Below, one piece after another: positions 1 through 12,522 of a DNA stretch of 64,000 nucleotides. Below the pieces are notes generated by a model. That model was not told the DNA's origin. It saw nothing but the letters and a program-made list of their open reading frames with translations, and ran no database searches. The position numbers were made by a program, and so were the translations under genes. The stretch's first letter is position 1. Each line of letters opens with the position of its first letter. This DNA is from Felis catus (taxonomy: Eukaryota), in the NCBI RefSeq assembly GCF_018350175.1, contig NC_058368.1:120468001-120532000 (forward strand). Reading direction: 5' to 3'.

Positions 1-85
1 ACTTAGCCTAATATCTCCTAGTTCCATCCACATTGCTGCAAATGACAAGATCTCATCCTACTTTATGGCTGAGTAATACTCCATT
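1..85 (-). mobile_element. L1 3' region fragment (window edge)
   Basis: gttccatccacattgctgcaaatgacaagatctcatcc...tttatggctgagtaatactccatt matches the antisense L1 3' region, as in the copies at 7.5, 12.4 and 62.6 kb. Confidence 0.75.
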
Positions 86-268
86 TTATAGTCATGCAGG
101 ATGGAGCTGACTTATTTTACTCTGTATGAGGTTTACCTTCTATATAAAAGGTCTTAAGGAAGAAAACATGACTTCTTTATAGGTACATCAAAGAGGGCAG
201 GGGGCTTTAAAATGTACGAGTTGACACATCAGTTAGATAGCTTTTTTTGGTTACTGCTTTAAAGTATA

Positions 269-270
<2 letters not shown>

Positions 271-310
<40 letters not shown>

Positions 311-519
311 TTTTCAACGTTTTTATTTATTTTTGGGACAGAGAGAGACAGAGCATGGACGGGGGAGGGGCAGAGAGAGAGGGAGACACAGAATCGGAAA
401 CAGGCTCCAGGCTCTGAACCATCAGCCCAGAGCCTGACGCGGGGCTCAAACTCACGGACCGTGAGATCGTGACCTGGCTGAAGTCGGACGCTTAACCGAC
501 TGCGCCACCCAGGCGCCCC
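271..519 (-). mobile_element. Young feline CanSINE (SINEC_Fc-type)
   Basis: Minus strand GGGGCGCCTGGGTGGCGCAGTCGGTTAAGCGTCCGAC head, (CT)n, long A tail; perfect 15-bp TSD TAAAGTATAAGTTTT at 260-274 and 520-534. Confidence 0.97.
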
Positions 520-899
520 TAAAGTATAAGTTTTACACAATGTTCCCAGCTTCTAAAAATACTTTTCTTTAAGCCAGTACTTTTAAAAAGATACTGATTT
601 GGAATAGGTTTGGGTAACACAAGAGCTAGGAATAGAGGAGAAATGTGTATGAGGAAAACCAGAAAGAACTGCAGTGAGCCCCAGGGTGCCCCCCCAAATC
701 TGAGGAGGCGACTTCTCTCCTCAAAACCTCCATGACGGCCCATTTCATTTGGATAAAATTCATTCTCCTCATCACAGCTTCATCTGGTCTCACCTGTCTC
801 TGCAGCCCCACCATGTGCCATATTTTTCTTCTTCAGACCGAATCATAATGCTGGCATTTATTTTCCCATTCCAACATTCCGGGTTGTTTTCGCCTTAGG

Positions 900-1216
900 T
901 CCTTTGTCTAGGGGTGCACTCTGACCTTCATTCTCTTCCTTCACCTCTTTACACATCTTCCCCTTCTTGTCATTCAAGTCTCATCCTAAATGCTGGCACC
1001 ATCAATAAGGCTTCTCTGATTACTCTATGGAAGCCACACACCCACCCCCATTATCACTGTCCATTACTTACTTCTTATTTATTCATATATTTTGTGTTTA
1101 TGTCCATTTGTATAGAAGATGTTTGAGAGGAGGGATCTTATTTTCTTGTTCTCTCCTGTGTCCCCAGCAGAAGAATATTTGTTGAATGAATGCATAAATA
1201 ATGAATGAATGAATGT
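900..1216 (+). mobile_element. L2 3' end, decayed
   Basis: Ends in aatatttgttgaatgaatg...(atga)n, the typical L2 terminus. Confidence 0.6.
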
Positions 1217-1440
1217 CATACGCATCACTGCTCAGCTATATAGCCTCCAAACATACACAAACCTTTCCATGTAAATTGGAAATACAGACATTCAAACATT
1301 CATGTTTGACCAAATATTTAATCTTTTCCTTGCTAAGCTTTTTATCAGAATTACTTTCCCTCCCCCCTCAAAAAATATTTTAAAATACTTTATAAATCAT
1401 AGAATTACTGAGTTTAGAGAGCAATTAAAGACTATTGTCC

Positions 1441-1645
1441 GGGGGCGCCTGGGTGGCTCTGTCGTTGAGTGTCCACCTTCAGTTTAGGTCATGATCTCAT
1501 GGTTCATGGATTCAAGCCCTGCATCAGGCTCTGTGCTCACAGCCTGGAGCCAGCTTCAGATTCTGTGTCTCACTCTCTCTCTGCCCTCCCCCCGCTCATG
1601 CTCTGTTGCTCAAAAATGAATAAATGTTAATTTTTTTTTAAAAAG
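1441..1645 (+). mobile_element. CanSINE
   Basis: GGGGCGCCTGGGTGGCTC head, CT tract, A-rich tail; degenerate TSD aagactattgtcc / aagagtatagtcc. Confidence 0.95.
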
Positions 1646-1809
1646 AGTATAGTCCAATTGTCCCACTTGATACTTCATATCCATTGCATTACTCTTATAG
1701 TAGAAGACCCCTCCTGCAATATACATGATAGTCTGGTCTATCTTCTAACAACTTTCAGTGTTGGAGTTGTTGCGTATGCGGGAAATAAACTTCCTTTTAG
1801 TGTTCTATT

Positions 1810-2560
1810 CATTCTCTCACTCACACATATTCATAAGTAAGCATCTTACCATGTGTTAGCCACCAAGCTAGCTCTGTGAATGCATATGAGGGGCACAGTA
1901 CAGCAATGTGTAAGAGAAGCCATCTCTTCTTCCACAGAGTGGTCAGGGCAGCTGTGAAAATAGCTACTGTGTATATAATTATAAGAAAAGCACTAGACAG
2001 GAGGTAGATGGTGCCATTAGAACTCATAACTGAGGGCGGAACTTGGACAAGAAAGGAGGAGTGTGTGTGTGAAGTCTAAAGAAAGAGTAAGGGTTAGATG
2101 ATACAGGGAGGAGAGCCAGTGGAGTTCTTGAAGAAGGAAGGGTGGTTCCAAGCAAAAGGAAAAATGTATCTCACGATTGCAAAACTGATATGCTGCTGAG
2201 GCTGCATGAAACCATGGGCACTTGAGGATCATCTTCCTCAGAGAATTCCATGGTGGCTGAGGAAGAGACTAAGGGGCAAGATGTGGTTGGAGGGAGAGGA
2301 AGCACAAGATCTTTCAGGATAAGGAGGCCATCAGAAACTCAAACTTCATCTTTACATGCACTGATGTGCAGCTATAAAGGGTTATAAGCAGAGGAAAGAC
2401 ATGACTTGGAGGGGAGCAAAAGGGAAACAGGGAGATGGATTATGAGACTATGGTCATGGTGCAGGCAAGAGGTGAAAATGGCTTACACTAGAGTGGTGAA
2501 AAGTTGAGATAGGGAGAAGTTGAAAGATTGGAGAGAGATTTGGGAAGGTGAACCCATACA
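1810..2560 (-). mobile_element. L2 fragment, decayed
   Basis: Purine-rich antisense L2-like segments (ggttataagcagagg...gacatga, caggcaagaggtga...tggcttacactag). Confidence 0.5.
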
Positions 2561-4918
2561 ACATAAGCAGCTTCACGTCTTCACCTGACTGCACTTCAGC
2601 TCTCTGAACACAGGCATGCCACTCCTCCCCTCCGTCCCAAACTGGATTATCCAGGCCGCAGAGTCACGGTCCTTTCAACTCTTACTCATAGACCTTAGTT
2701 TGACATCCTCTCCCATTCTGGCTTCTGCAGTCCAGATGCTGACTGTCTCTTGGTGTTGTATTTCATGGCACCACCAAACATATATCTCCCCCCTCAAGTG
2801 GCAAAATGGCAAACGAATGATTTCTGGGAAAGGCAAATCAAAAAGATGAAAAAAATAAAAGAAATAAGTATCTGACTTTGAAAGTTTCGAGAACTTAACA
2901 TATTCCATTAGACCTCAGGGCCTGTTTCGAGAACCAGTATACATTGAACTTTATTGCATAATAAGATATGCCACAAAGATTAACCAATAGATTTTAAGCC
3001 CCAAAACAAATTTAAGAAGCAGTTCAGTGAAGCAAAAATTATGCCTGTCTTAAAAGATGGGCCTATTTTTCTTGTGATCACAGAAGGGGGTGATTTCTGA
3101 AAGCAGAAGCACAGCCAGGTCCATCACACGTACCGGTCGCAGGGACACATTTATTCTGAACCAGCCTGTTCTGTTGACATCTCCGCAGGAGAAGGTACGA
3201 GCCGCTGACATGAGCTTTAGATCTAAGGTGAGGCTGCACCATGAAATCATATGGACACTGTGTGTTCTCTTCCCCAAAGAGTTTCATTTTATATAAATTG
3301 CAGGAAACCTGACACACATATTAAAATTTACTATGGTTGAGTGAGAGAGAGAGAAAAAAAAAGACAAATGTTGCTTCCAGTAATAACATCCATTATCACC
3401 TGGTACATGTTTTGTTCTCTTGGGGGCATTTCCTGACACAGATTTTCACACCAACCCAAATGTTACATTTTCAATGGAAATACAGCAGATATATTCAACC
3501 ACGGAAGATCTGGCTAAAATAAAAGAAAACCTTGCTCTGTGGTTCTTTTTTTTTTTTCTTACTCGGTATTTCCCTTTACCACCATCTGCTCTGTGCAGCC
3601 ATCATCAGCAGTACTGATGGAGTGCCTACTTTGAGCGAGAGCCTCGAAACCTGATGTCTGTTACGTGAGACTATATCGGTGCTCCCATGCTGAGGGGTCT
3701 GCCTCACTCCACAGTGTTTCCAAATGAATGCAGGGGTGAAAGCCTGGAACCTGCTACTTTGCTCTGCATGGTCATTTCTTTGTGTGTAGACGCTAAATAT
3801 AAGAGTTGGGAGAATGCCACCCTCATACGTTACTGAAGGAAACAAAAACTTCTATATCCTACTTGAAACGTCATCAGGAGCCTAAAAAATGCCCCAGCCT
3901 GTTTATCCAATAAGATAACATCTGGAGCACTACCCTAAGAAAATACTTGGAGACTGAAATTATAAGAATGAAGAGAAATATGACAAGCAACCTAAATACC
4001 TTCAGGAGATGAGTGATAAATTAGAATAATTATTTATCATATAGCCTCTTAATTGAGCCATTGTTGTGCACCCCATAAGAAATATGTTTTCAAAAGCCAG
4101 TCCGATGAGGCTCGAGCTTAAATGAAAAGGAACACAGCCATAACCATTTTACATTTTTAAATTACGTATGTAAATATATACCCATTTAACAAAGTTGAAA
4201 TCACAGTGGCACATGGTAGGTCCATAATAAATTAATTGTTGAAAAATGAATTTACAACAAAATCTTAATTGTGCATATGTTTGGGAGATTGATTTTGGGG
4301 TGGATATATTTCTTCTTTATACTTCTCTATATTTTCCAATTTGTTTGTAATGAGTAGTTAATTCTTAAAACCAGACAGCCTCTGCAAAATGAGTATGGAA
4401 AGTATTATATCGTGTAAGCAAAGTATCATGCAGAAATTGAAATAACTTGCTCAAGTTTATAACACTGTTAACAATCTAGCTAGGGCTGCAATGTGAATAT
4501 CATCTGCTTGGGCCAACATATTTCCCGTTCAACAAAGCAGACATTTCTTTGAATTATTCTCTAAAGACCAACCCTAGGCTCTTCCTTACCACTGTTACAT
4601 GAGAAAAGACCTTGCTGCATTTAGGTACAGTTTTTTACTGAGTGTCATTTTAGCCTTTCAGACCACAGCCTTAGTCTTGGACACAAATACAAACCTCTGC
4701 TCATGTACCTTTGGTTTCCTGCTGGTAAGAACTCTGAGCACAAGTGTGGCACTGACAGAGCAAAAGACAGGCTATGGGAAGTATAGTTTTCCAATAGAAG
4801 GATTTCCTTCAGTGTAGCTGACCAGTTCTTGAAGCTTCCTGGGGCATTGTATTCTAATGTCGTGATTATCATTTGACTTGAATCTTGATTTCAGGAATTA
4901 ATCAAGAATATAATTTTT

Positions 4919-5144
4919 GGGGGGTGCCTGGGTGGCTCGGTCGGGTAAGCATTCGACTTTGGCTCAGGTCATGATCTTGCAGTTCATGGGTTCGAGCCCC
5001 GTGTCTGGCTCTGTGCTGACAGCTTAGAGCCCGGAGTCTGCTTCAGATTCTGTGTCTCCTTCTCTCTCTCTGTCCCTCCCCTGCTTGTGTTCTGTCTCTC
5101 TCTATCAAAATTAAATAAACATTAAAGAAAAGTAAAAATTAAAA
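4919..5144 (+). mobile_element. CanSINE
   Basis: SINE head and tail; TSD AAGAATATAATTTTT at 4904-4918 and 5145-5159. Confidence 0.95.
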
Positions 5145-5160
5145 AAGAATATAATTTTTA

Positions 5161-5357
5161 GGGGCACCTGGGTGGCTCACTTGAGTAAACATCCAACTCT
5201 TGATTTCAGCTCAGATCATGATCTTCCCTTTCGTCAGATGGAGCCCCACGTCTACACTGTCAGTGCAGAGCACACTTGGGATTCTCTCTCCCTCTCTCTC
5301 TCTGCCTCCCCCTGCTCATTCTCTATCTCTCAAAATGAATAAACATTTTAATAAAAA
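5161..5357 (+). mobile_element. CanSINE (older), tandem with the previous copy
   Basis: GGGGCACCTGGGTGGCTCA head, CT tract, AATAAA tail; followed by a degenerate TSD copy AAGAATAAGTTTT. Confidence 0.93.
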
Positions 5358-5599
5358 AAGAATAAGTTTTAAAAAAGTATTAATGACTATGTCAATTTCA
5401 AGACCATCCTCTGTCAGCCTCATAGAATTCTTACAAAATCTTAATGAGAGAAGTATTGTGACTAGCCCCATTTTACAAATGAGAAAATGGGTTTTGGGAT
5501 GTCATTCACACTCCAGACCACCTTCTTGGGTAAGGTTCCTCTGATTATCTAAGGAATAATCCCTCCTCCATTGTCCTTTGATCATGTGTTTTGTTTTGT

Positions 5600-5840
5600 T
5601 GTTGTTTTAGCTTTTTGATGTGATGGATTATATTAATTGATTATCAAATGTTGAACCAGCTTTGCATGCTTGGGAAAAAACTCACTTGGTCATGGTGTAT
5701 TATTGTTTTTACATATTGTTGGATTTAATTTGCTAATATCCCTTGAGGATTTCTGCATCTGTGTTGATGAGAGATACTGGTCTGTCTTTGCCTGGTTTTG
5801 GTATGAAGGTAATTCTGACCTCATAGAAGGAATTGAGAAA
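5600..5840 (-). mobile_element. L1 ORF2 (RT region) fragment
   Basis: Minus-strand translation gives [14 protein letters not shown]...[13 protein letters not shown], resembling mammalian L1 ORF2. Confidence 0.8.
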
Positions 5841-6052
5841 AAACCCCTCTGCATCTGTCCTCTATAATACACTATGGTTTTACTTATAATCAAAAATAAC
5901 AGAACAAGGAAATGACTGGCATGCATATTTAGGATGAAAGAGGTGACTGTAATAAGGGAAGGACACATAGTTATTTCAAAGCCATTGGTCTTAACCTTGG
6001 TGGTAGGATCAGAAGTATTTGTCTCATTGATATTCTTACACCCGCAAAATGT

Positions 6053-6059
6053 TATATAA

Positions 6060-6140
<81 letters not shown>

Positions 6141-6143
6141 TAT
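6053..6143. repeat. Interrupted (TA)n microsatellite
   Basis: About 90 bp of TA with occasional TG. Confidence 0.97.
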
Positions 6144-6319
6144 AAAATGTTATATAATATTTATATATGCTTTTGTATTTGTAAAGTATTAGAAAAAAGG
6201 AACAAAGGAATGGAGGGAGCAAGAGAGGAAGTGGGGAGAAAAGAAGGAAGAGAGGGAGGAAAGAAGGAAGGCAGGCAGTATAGCCACCCCCAGCAAAAAC
6301 AAAAACAAAAACAAAAAAA

Positions 6320-6520
6320 AACAGAGACTGAACTTGAGGTTCAGATCGCAATTTTGCCACTAACTAGTTATCAGGTCTTAGGCATTTTACTTACAATTTC
6401 AGAGCTTAAGTTGCCTCATCCATAAAATTAAGATAATGTCTATTTTAGAACATGGTTAGAGGACTAAGTAAGATGTCTTAAAGTGCTTGGCAGATAGTAA
6501 GTGCTCAATAAATGATAGCT
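6320..6520 (+). mobile_element. MIR
   Basis: ttgccactaactag...ttacttac...cctcatccataaaat...gtaagtgctcaataaatgatagct MIR core and 3' end. Confidence 0.75.
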
Positions 6521-6564
6521 ACACTTGCAATATGATATATAGTCTTTTACCTTTTTACTTACAT

Positions 6565-6850
6565 TTATGGAACACCTATTATTTACCAGGCACTGTACTC
6601 TATACCAATATACCATACAGACTATATACTAATAAATAAAACACATACGGCACTTGCCCTTGTGGAGTTCACAGTCTAGCAATAGAGAATTAAACTATCA
6701 TAGATGCATATGAAGAACTAAATTATGATAAATGGTAAGATGGTAGAATGAAAAGTAAAGGAGAAATTTTAGCTTGAAGGCACTATTTGGATTGAGAGAA
6801 CCAAAGAAGGTTTTGTCTGAAAGGTGACATTAGAGAGAGTGCTGGAAAAT
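6565..6850 (-). mobile_element. L2 3' fragment
   Basis: atttatggaacacctattatttaccaggcactgtact...cttgcccttgtggagttcacagtctag antisense L2 end. Confidence 0.6.
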
Positions 6851-7184
6851 ATTTTTCTATCTCTCTGTGTGTTAAAGGGATGTGCCTTGCTAGACCCCTT
6901 TTATCTGTCAGTCTCAGTTTAAATGACACTGCTATCTCTGGGAATTCAGTATCTATCTATCCAATCAAAACATATATATCTAATATTTCCATGTGACTAT
7001 AAATATCCCTATAAACACTAAAATTTTCTGATTTGTGTGCCTCATTGAAATTTTTTTACACATAGGGGATCAATAACAATAATCATCTCTGCATTAGATA
7101 TCAACATTTAGAAAAGTATGCTGGGTTCCAGATTTTTACCACTATGTCCCTCACGGCATATGGATTTAAATTTTTAAATGTTTT

Positions 7185-7775
7185 TTTTTTGTTTACATTT
7201 TAACCCCAATGTCATTAACATACAGTGTTATATTAATTTCAGGTGTACAGTATAGTGATTCAACAATTGCATATGTTACTCAGTGCCCTTCACCACAAGT
7301 GTACTGTTAATCCCCATCTCCCTATTCACCTCCCCATTTATTCTCTATAGTTGAGAGTCTGCTTTTTACTTTGTCTCATTTTTCCCCTTTGTTCATTTGT
7401 TTTGTGTCTTAAATTCCACATATGAGTGAATTATGTGGTATTTATCTTTCTCTGCCTTATTTCACTTAGAATTTATACTTTCTGGTTCCATCCATGTTGT
7501 TGCAAAGGACAAGATTTCCTTCATTTTTGTGGGTGAATAATATTCCATTTTATATATACTACTTTTTCTTTATCCATTCATCTACCAATGGACACTTGGG
7601 TGGCCTCCATAAATTGGCTATTGTGAATAATGCTGCAGTAAACACAGGGATGCATATATCTTCGAATTAGGGTTTTCATTTTCTTTAGGTAAAGACCAAG
7701 TAGTGATTACTGAATCATATGGTAGTTCCAATTTTAATTTTTTGAGGAATGTCCATACTGTCTTCCACAGTGGCT
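7185..7775 (-). mobile_element. Carnivore L1 3' end, 5'-truncated
   Basis: T-tail, taacatacagtgttatattaatttcaggtgtacag 3'UTR, continuing to ccatactgtcttccacagtggct. Confidence 0.9.
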
Positions 7776-9090
7776 AAAAGAAAAAAGAAATCAGCCATGG
7801 AAATTTAGAAAAAGCACATCCTGAAAATAGTTATTAAGATTTTAAAAATAAATAAATAAGTGAAAGTAGCAAAGGCTTTACTCCATAAATTGCCAATTAT
7901 GATCCTTCAGGCCTCTGTTATATAATCCTGACGAGAATTGCTTTTGCTTTTGGAGCCAAATCCCTAGAGTCTTGTGTTCTTGGCTGGTGCAGACAAAGTA
8001 AAGTTATTGCAGGCAAAGCTCCTAAATTCCGAGTACAGCATTTTCCTACTTACTGCTCTCACAGGTCTGTAAGGTAATGGGAAAGAAAGAAAAAGGAGGC
8101 AGTTTGAATACTGGGTTCATTAAAAAGGAAAAGATAAAGTCAGTGTTGCATCTTGAACTTAATCAGATGTAACGGTATTTTCTTTCAGCCACACAAAAAA
8201 ATTCTCTAGGTTTAGGTAATAGCATAAGTACACAGAGAAAAATGAAGGCAATTATTTAGAAACTTTTGACCACCTCACCACGATAACTGATCACACTCAT
8301 AAGGAACCTAAAGCAAAGGGAAGTACTCTAAAGTCTGCTTAATAAAATCTCATACTTGGGACATTGGATTGTATATCAAAGACCAAGACCATTACTCTTG
8401 CTTCCCAAGGGACTTGTACTATCTTGAGAATGTAGCTTCACACTGCTGCTCTTATTTTTTTTCTGTGCTAACACAATGAAGTGCTTTATCATAGGATAGG
8501 TGAGAGGAAACAACAGAAAATATGGAAGTATGTTATTAATATTAGGAAAAGTTTTTAAAATTAGAAGTCAGCAACATTTTGGCCCTAGTAGTTGCTTTCT
8601 GATCCCCACCAAAAGCAAAAACAAACAGCACACCGGCAAAACACATCCAGATAAGTGAAAATGGCTTGCATGTAGAGTCATAACTTACGTGCTGAGAGGC
8701 TTTGCCTATTAATTTTGATGTACCTTGAAAGTCTATAGCACTGAGTAAAAGCACTTCTGTATCTTTGTGGAGATGTTAACATTGGCAGTCAATTCTGCCT
8801 CTACTTATGTATATGCAGAGGCTGAAATGAACTCTAGGAGGGCATCCCATATGAATTCTAGATTCTAGAATTTCTCAGATTCTACCATTTTCTTTAATTT
8901 CTCAATTGTTATTGGCCCTTAGGAGGCACAATCCAAAATTCATTTGCTTCACAGAGAGAGCACTGTCTTGCTACCGTAGGCACTGACGAGGCTCCAAGAT
9001 CTGAGAGAAGAAGTAAAGATGTCTGTGTGTGTGTGTCTATGTGTGTGTGTACCAAATCTACTTGAGTTTCAGTTTAGAAAGCACAACTTC

Positions 9091-9805
9091 AACAGATGTT
9101 GGCAAGGATGCAGAGAAAGAGGAACCTTTTGCACTTTTGGTGGGAAGACAAACTGGTGCAGCCACTCTGGAGAATAGTGTGGAAGTTCCTCAAAAAATTA
9201 AAAAATAGAGCTACCCTCTGACCCAGGAAATGCACTACTAGGTATTTATCCAATGGATACAAAAATGCTGATTCACAGGGGCACATGCACCCCAGTGTTT
9301 ATAGCAGTACTATCAACCATAGCCAAATTATGGAAGAGTTCAAATGTCCACTGACTGATGGATGGATAAAGAAGATGTGGTTATATATATACAATGGAAT
9401 AGTACTTGGTGACCAAAAATGAATGAAATCTTGCCATTTGCAACAATGTGGGTGGAACTAGAATGTATTATGCTAAGCCAAATAAGTCAGAAAAAGACAA
9501 ATATGTGATTTCACTCATGTGGAATTTAAGAAACAAAACAGATGAACACAGGGGAAGGGAAGGAAAAATAAGATAAAAACAGAGAGGGAGGTAAACTGTA
9601 AGAGACTCTTAAATACAGAAAACAAACTGAGGGTTGCTGGAGGGGAAGTTGGTAGGAGGATGAGCTAAATGGGTGATGGGCATTAAGGAGGACACTTGTT
9701 GGAATCAATGCTGGGTGTTGTATGTAATTGATCAATCACTAAATTCTACTCTTGGAACCATTATTACAATATATGTTAACTAACATGGACTTAAAGTTTT
9801 AAAAA
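9091..9805 (+). mobile_element. Carnivore L1 3' end, 5'-truncated
   Basis: aacagatgttggcaaggatgcagagaaa ORF2 C-terminal region plus 3'UTR; TSD-like aaagcacaactt / aaagcaaaactt on the flanks. Confidence 0.93.
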
Positions 9806-9999
9806 AGCAAAACTTTAAAATTTCCATAGATAAATTGGCAGGTTTTTTGTATATGTACACACACACTCACACACACATTCAACTTTCAACTTTGTCATTA
9901 TGGGCAAAGAAAGAGACTTGAGAGCTAATGCAAACAGTGGTGGCTCACAACCACTGTCACTACTTCCCCTCTTCAACCTACTACAATGAAGGGGAGCGG

Positions 10000-10190
10000 G
10001 GAGAAAACATAAAAGAGAACAAATTGAGGGTTGCTGGAGGGATGGGCTAAATGGGCAAGCGGCATTAAGGAAGACACTTGTTGGGATGAGCACTGGTGTT
10101 ACATGTAGGGGATGAATCACTGGATTCTACTCCTGAAATCATTATTGCACTTTGGGCTAACCACCTTGGATGTAAATTTAAAAAATAAAG
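10000..10190 (+). mobile_element. Short carnivore/feline L1 3'UTR fragment
   Basis: Second copy of gagggttgctggaggg...cattaagga.gacacttgttgg; ends in aaaaataaa. Confidence 0.85.
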
Positions 10191-10195
10191 AAGCA

Positions 10196-10395
10196 GGGCC
10201 CAGGGTGCTTGGTTGGATCAGTTAGTTAAGCACCTGAATCTTGATTTCAGCTTGAGTCATGATCTCATCATTTGTGGGTTCGAACCCTGTGTCAGACTCT
10301 GTGCTGACAACATGAAGCCTGCTTGGGATTCTGTCTCCCTCTCTGTCTCTGTCTCTGTCTCTCTTTCTTTCAAAATAAATTAAAAAAAAAAAAAA
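10196..10395 (+). mobile_element. CanSINE
   Basis: Diverged head, gatctc...gttcgaaccc B-box, CT tract, A tail. Confidence 0.9.
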
Positions 10396-11274
10396 GAATC
10401 AGAGCCCAAATAAAAACATCATAGTGTATATGTTTTTATATGACTTACATTATTTACTCAACATTGTTTTTTGAAATTTCTCAATGGTTTAAATTATAGC
10501 CATCGTTCATTTAAGTTACTGCATAATAAGTAGCTCATTCAATAAGTATATTAAAATTATTAAAAATTAATTATTACACCCTATTCTAATGTATACTTTG
10601 GTTCTGGAGTTTTTCTGTTATATATTTCATTTTGTAATAATTTGTTTAGGATATTTGTTCATATGCTGTTGAAGGAAAGGGATGTCTAGTTTTTATTTCT
10701 TATGCTGTCTTTATCTGATTATTCTCAGTTCCTACAACACTTTCCAACTAATACAAAATACTTGGGACACATTACGCTTTTTTTTTTGTCTACTTTATGA
10801 AAGAAACTGTTTAGGATTTGAGTTGTTTGTTCATTCAATGTTGGTTGAACTCATTTGGTCTAATATTTTTGTGGGGGAAATTTTCAAGTACTATTCAACT
10901 TCTTTAAAGATTTTAGGATAACTTAAATGATCTCTTTCTTTTTTAATCAGTCATAGTAACTTGTATCTTTCAGAATCTAGTCCATTGCATGTAAGTTTTC
11001 AAATTTACTGACATGACATTGTTTAATATATATTTATATTTTTCATTTTTGGCTTTATCTGTAATCATATCATGTATGCATACTTATTTTCTTAAGATTC
11101 CCTGAGGTTTATTAATTTTATTAGTTTTGTCAATATAAAATTTATTGCATCGATTGCTACTCTATTTTATTTTACTTTTATTTTTTTATCTGCCATATTT
11201 CCTTCGTTTTAGTTTCTTGATCCTTATTCTACCGTTTCTTTTTCTATTGAATCCTCAGTATATCTGTTTTTCAT

Positions 11275-11880
11275 TATTAGTTCTCAGTGCGGAATCTCCC
11301 TTCTTTTACCCTCCTTTGTGATGCTGAAAGATGGACTCTGCAAAGCAAAAGTCTCGTTTTCCAGGTGCCTCTATGTTACACTCTGATGGTGAGGGACACA
11401 AGAAGGAGACTGCAGGGCTGAAGGAAGGAGAAGGCATTTGGTTCTTTCTGCTTTCCACAGTAGCAGGTGGACTGGTCTGTGGCATGTCCCTGCACCTTCC
11501 CAGCAATAGCAGTCAGTTCAGTGTGCTGCTGATCTCCTAGAAGTGTTCTTCACCACCACGGGGGCATGCTCTTCCAGTCCTGGAGAGTGGCCTCCAGCAA
11601 CTGCCATGACAGGTTGTGTGCTTTTAGAACACTTTGCCATCTCTCAGAGGTCTACGTTTTATCATTATAGAGTTTCTCTTCTAAGTTTTTTTCCTTGTTC
11701 ATTTTTCCACCAGCTCTAAGGGAAGCAGCTGCTTTCCATAGCTATGCTCTCTGTTATGTCTTAAAGGTCACTTTTACCCTTCAATAACTTACTTTTTCAG
11801 TTCACAATTTTTTACGGTAAGTGTTCCCTCTTCACATTTCTGGTATGTTTTGTATCCCCTAACAGGGACCCTGATTCATT
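11275..11880 (+). mobile_element. ERVL solo LTR, LTR41/LTR52-like
   Basis: ctttgtgatgctg...ggactctgcaaa...ggagactgcagggctgaaggaaggag 5' part; ggaccctgattcat 3' end. Confidence 0.6.
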
Positions 11881-12467
11881 TAATTTATTAATTATCACCC
11901 TTTCTTGCTTTTTAAAACTGTGAAAACTTAAGGCAATAAAATTGCTTCTATCTATAACTATGCAAAAGCTGTACCACATGAGTTTAATCTATGATATTTT
12001 ATTTATAGCCAAGTTACAATTTTTTTTCGTTATCATTGAAGTATAGTTCACATAGAATGTTGTATTAGTTTCAGGTGTACAACATAGTGACTACATAATC
12101 CTATACATTACTCGCAGCTCACCACCAAAGCATAGTTGCCCATCTGTCACCCTATTACTACAATATTATTGGCTATATTCCCTATGCTGTACTTTTCATC
12201 TCCATGACTTATTTTATAAATGACAGGTGGTACTTCTAAATGCCCTTTACATATTTCACCCATCTGAAAACCACCAGTTTGTTCTCTGTGTTTAAAAGTC
12301 TGTTTGTTTGTTTATTTGTTTTGTTTTTTAGATTCCACATACAAATAAAATCATATAATACTTGTCTCTCTCTGTCTGACATATCACATACCCTTAAACC
12401 TTCTAGGTCCATCCATGTTGTCAACAAATGGCAAGGTTTCATTCTTTTTATAGCTAAGTAATACTAC

Positions 12468-12469
<2 letters not shown>

Positions 12470-12520
<51 letters not shown>
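12470..12520. repeat. (TG)n microsatellite
   Basis: Pure run of about 25 units inside the L1. Confidence 0.98.

Positions 12521-12522
<2 letters not shown>

Noticed and set aside
259..540. 93-aa ORF and similar ORFs at 17455, 28356, 63110-63537
   Set aside because: Read-through of CanSINE sequence (GAPGWxSRLSVRLQPGHDL... recurs in each SINE copy); not genes.
6052..6425. ORFs with YIYI repeats
   Set aside because: Translation of the (TA)n microsatellite and a purine-rich tract.
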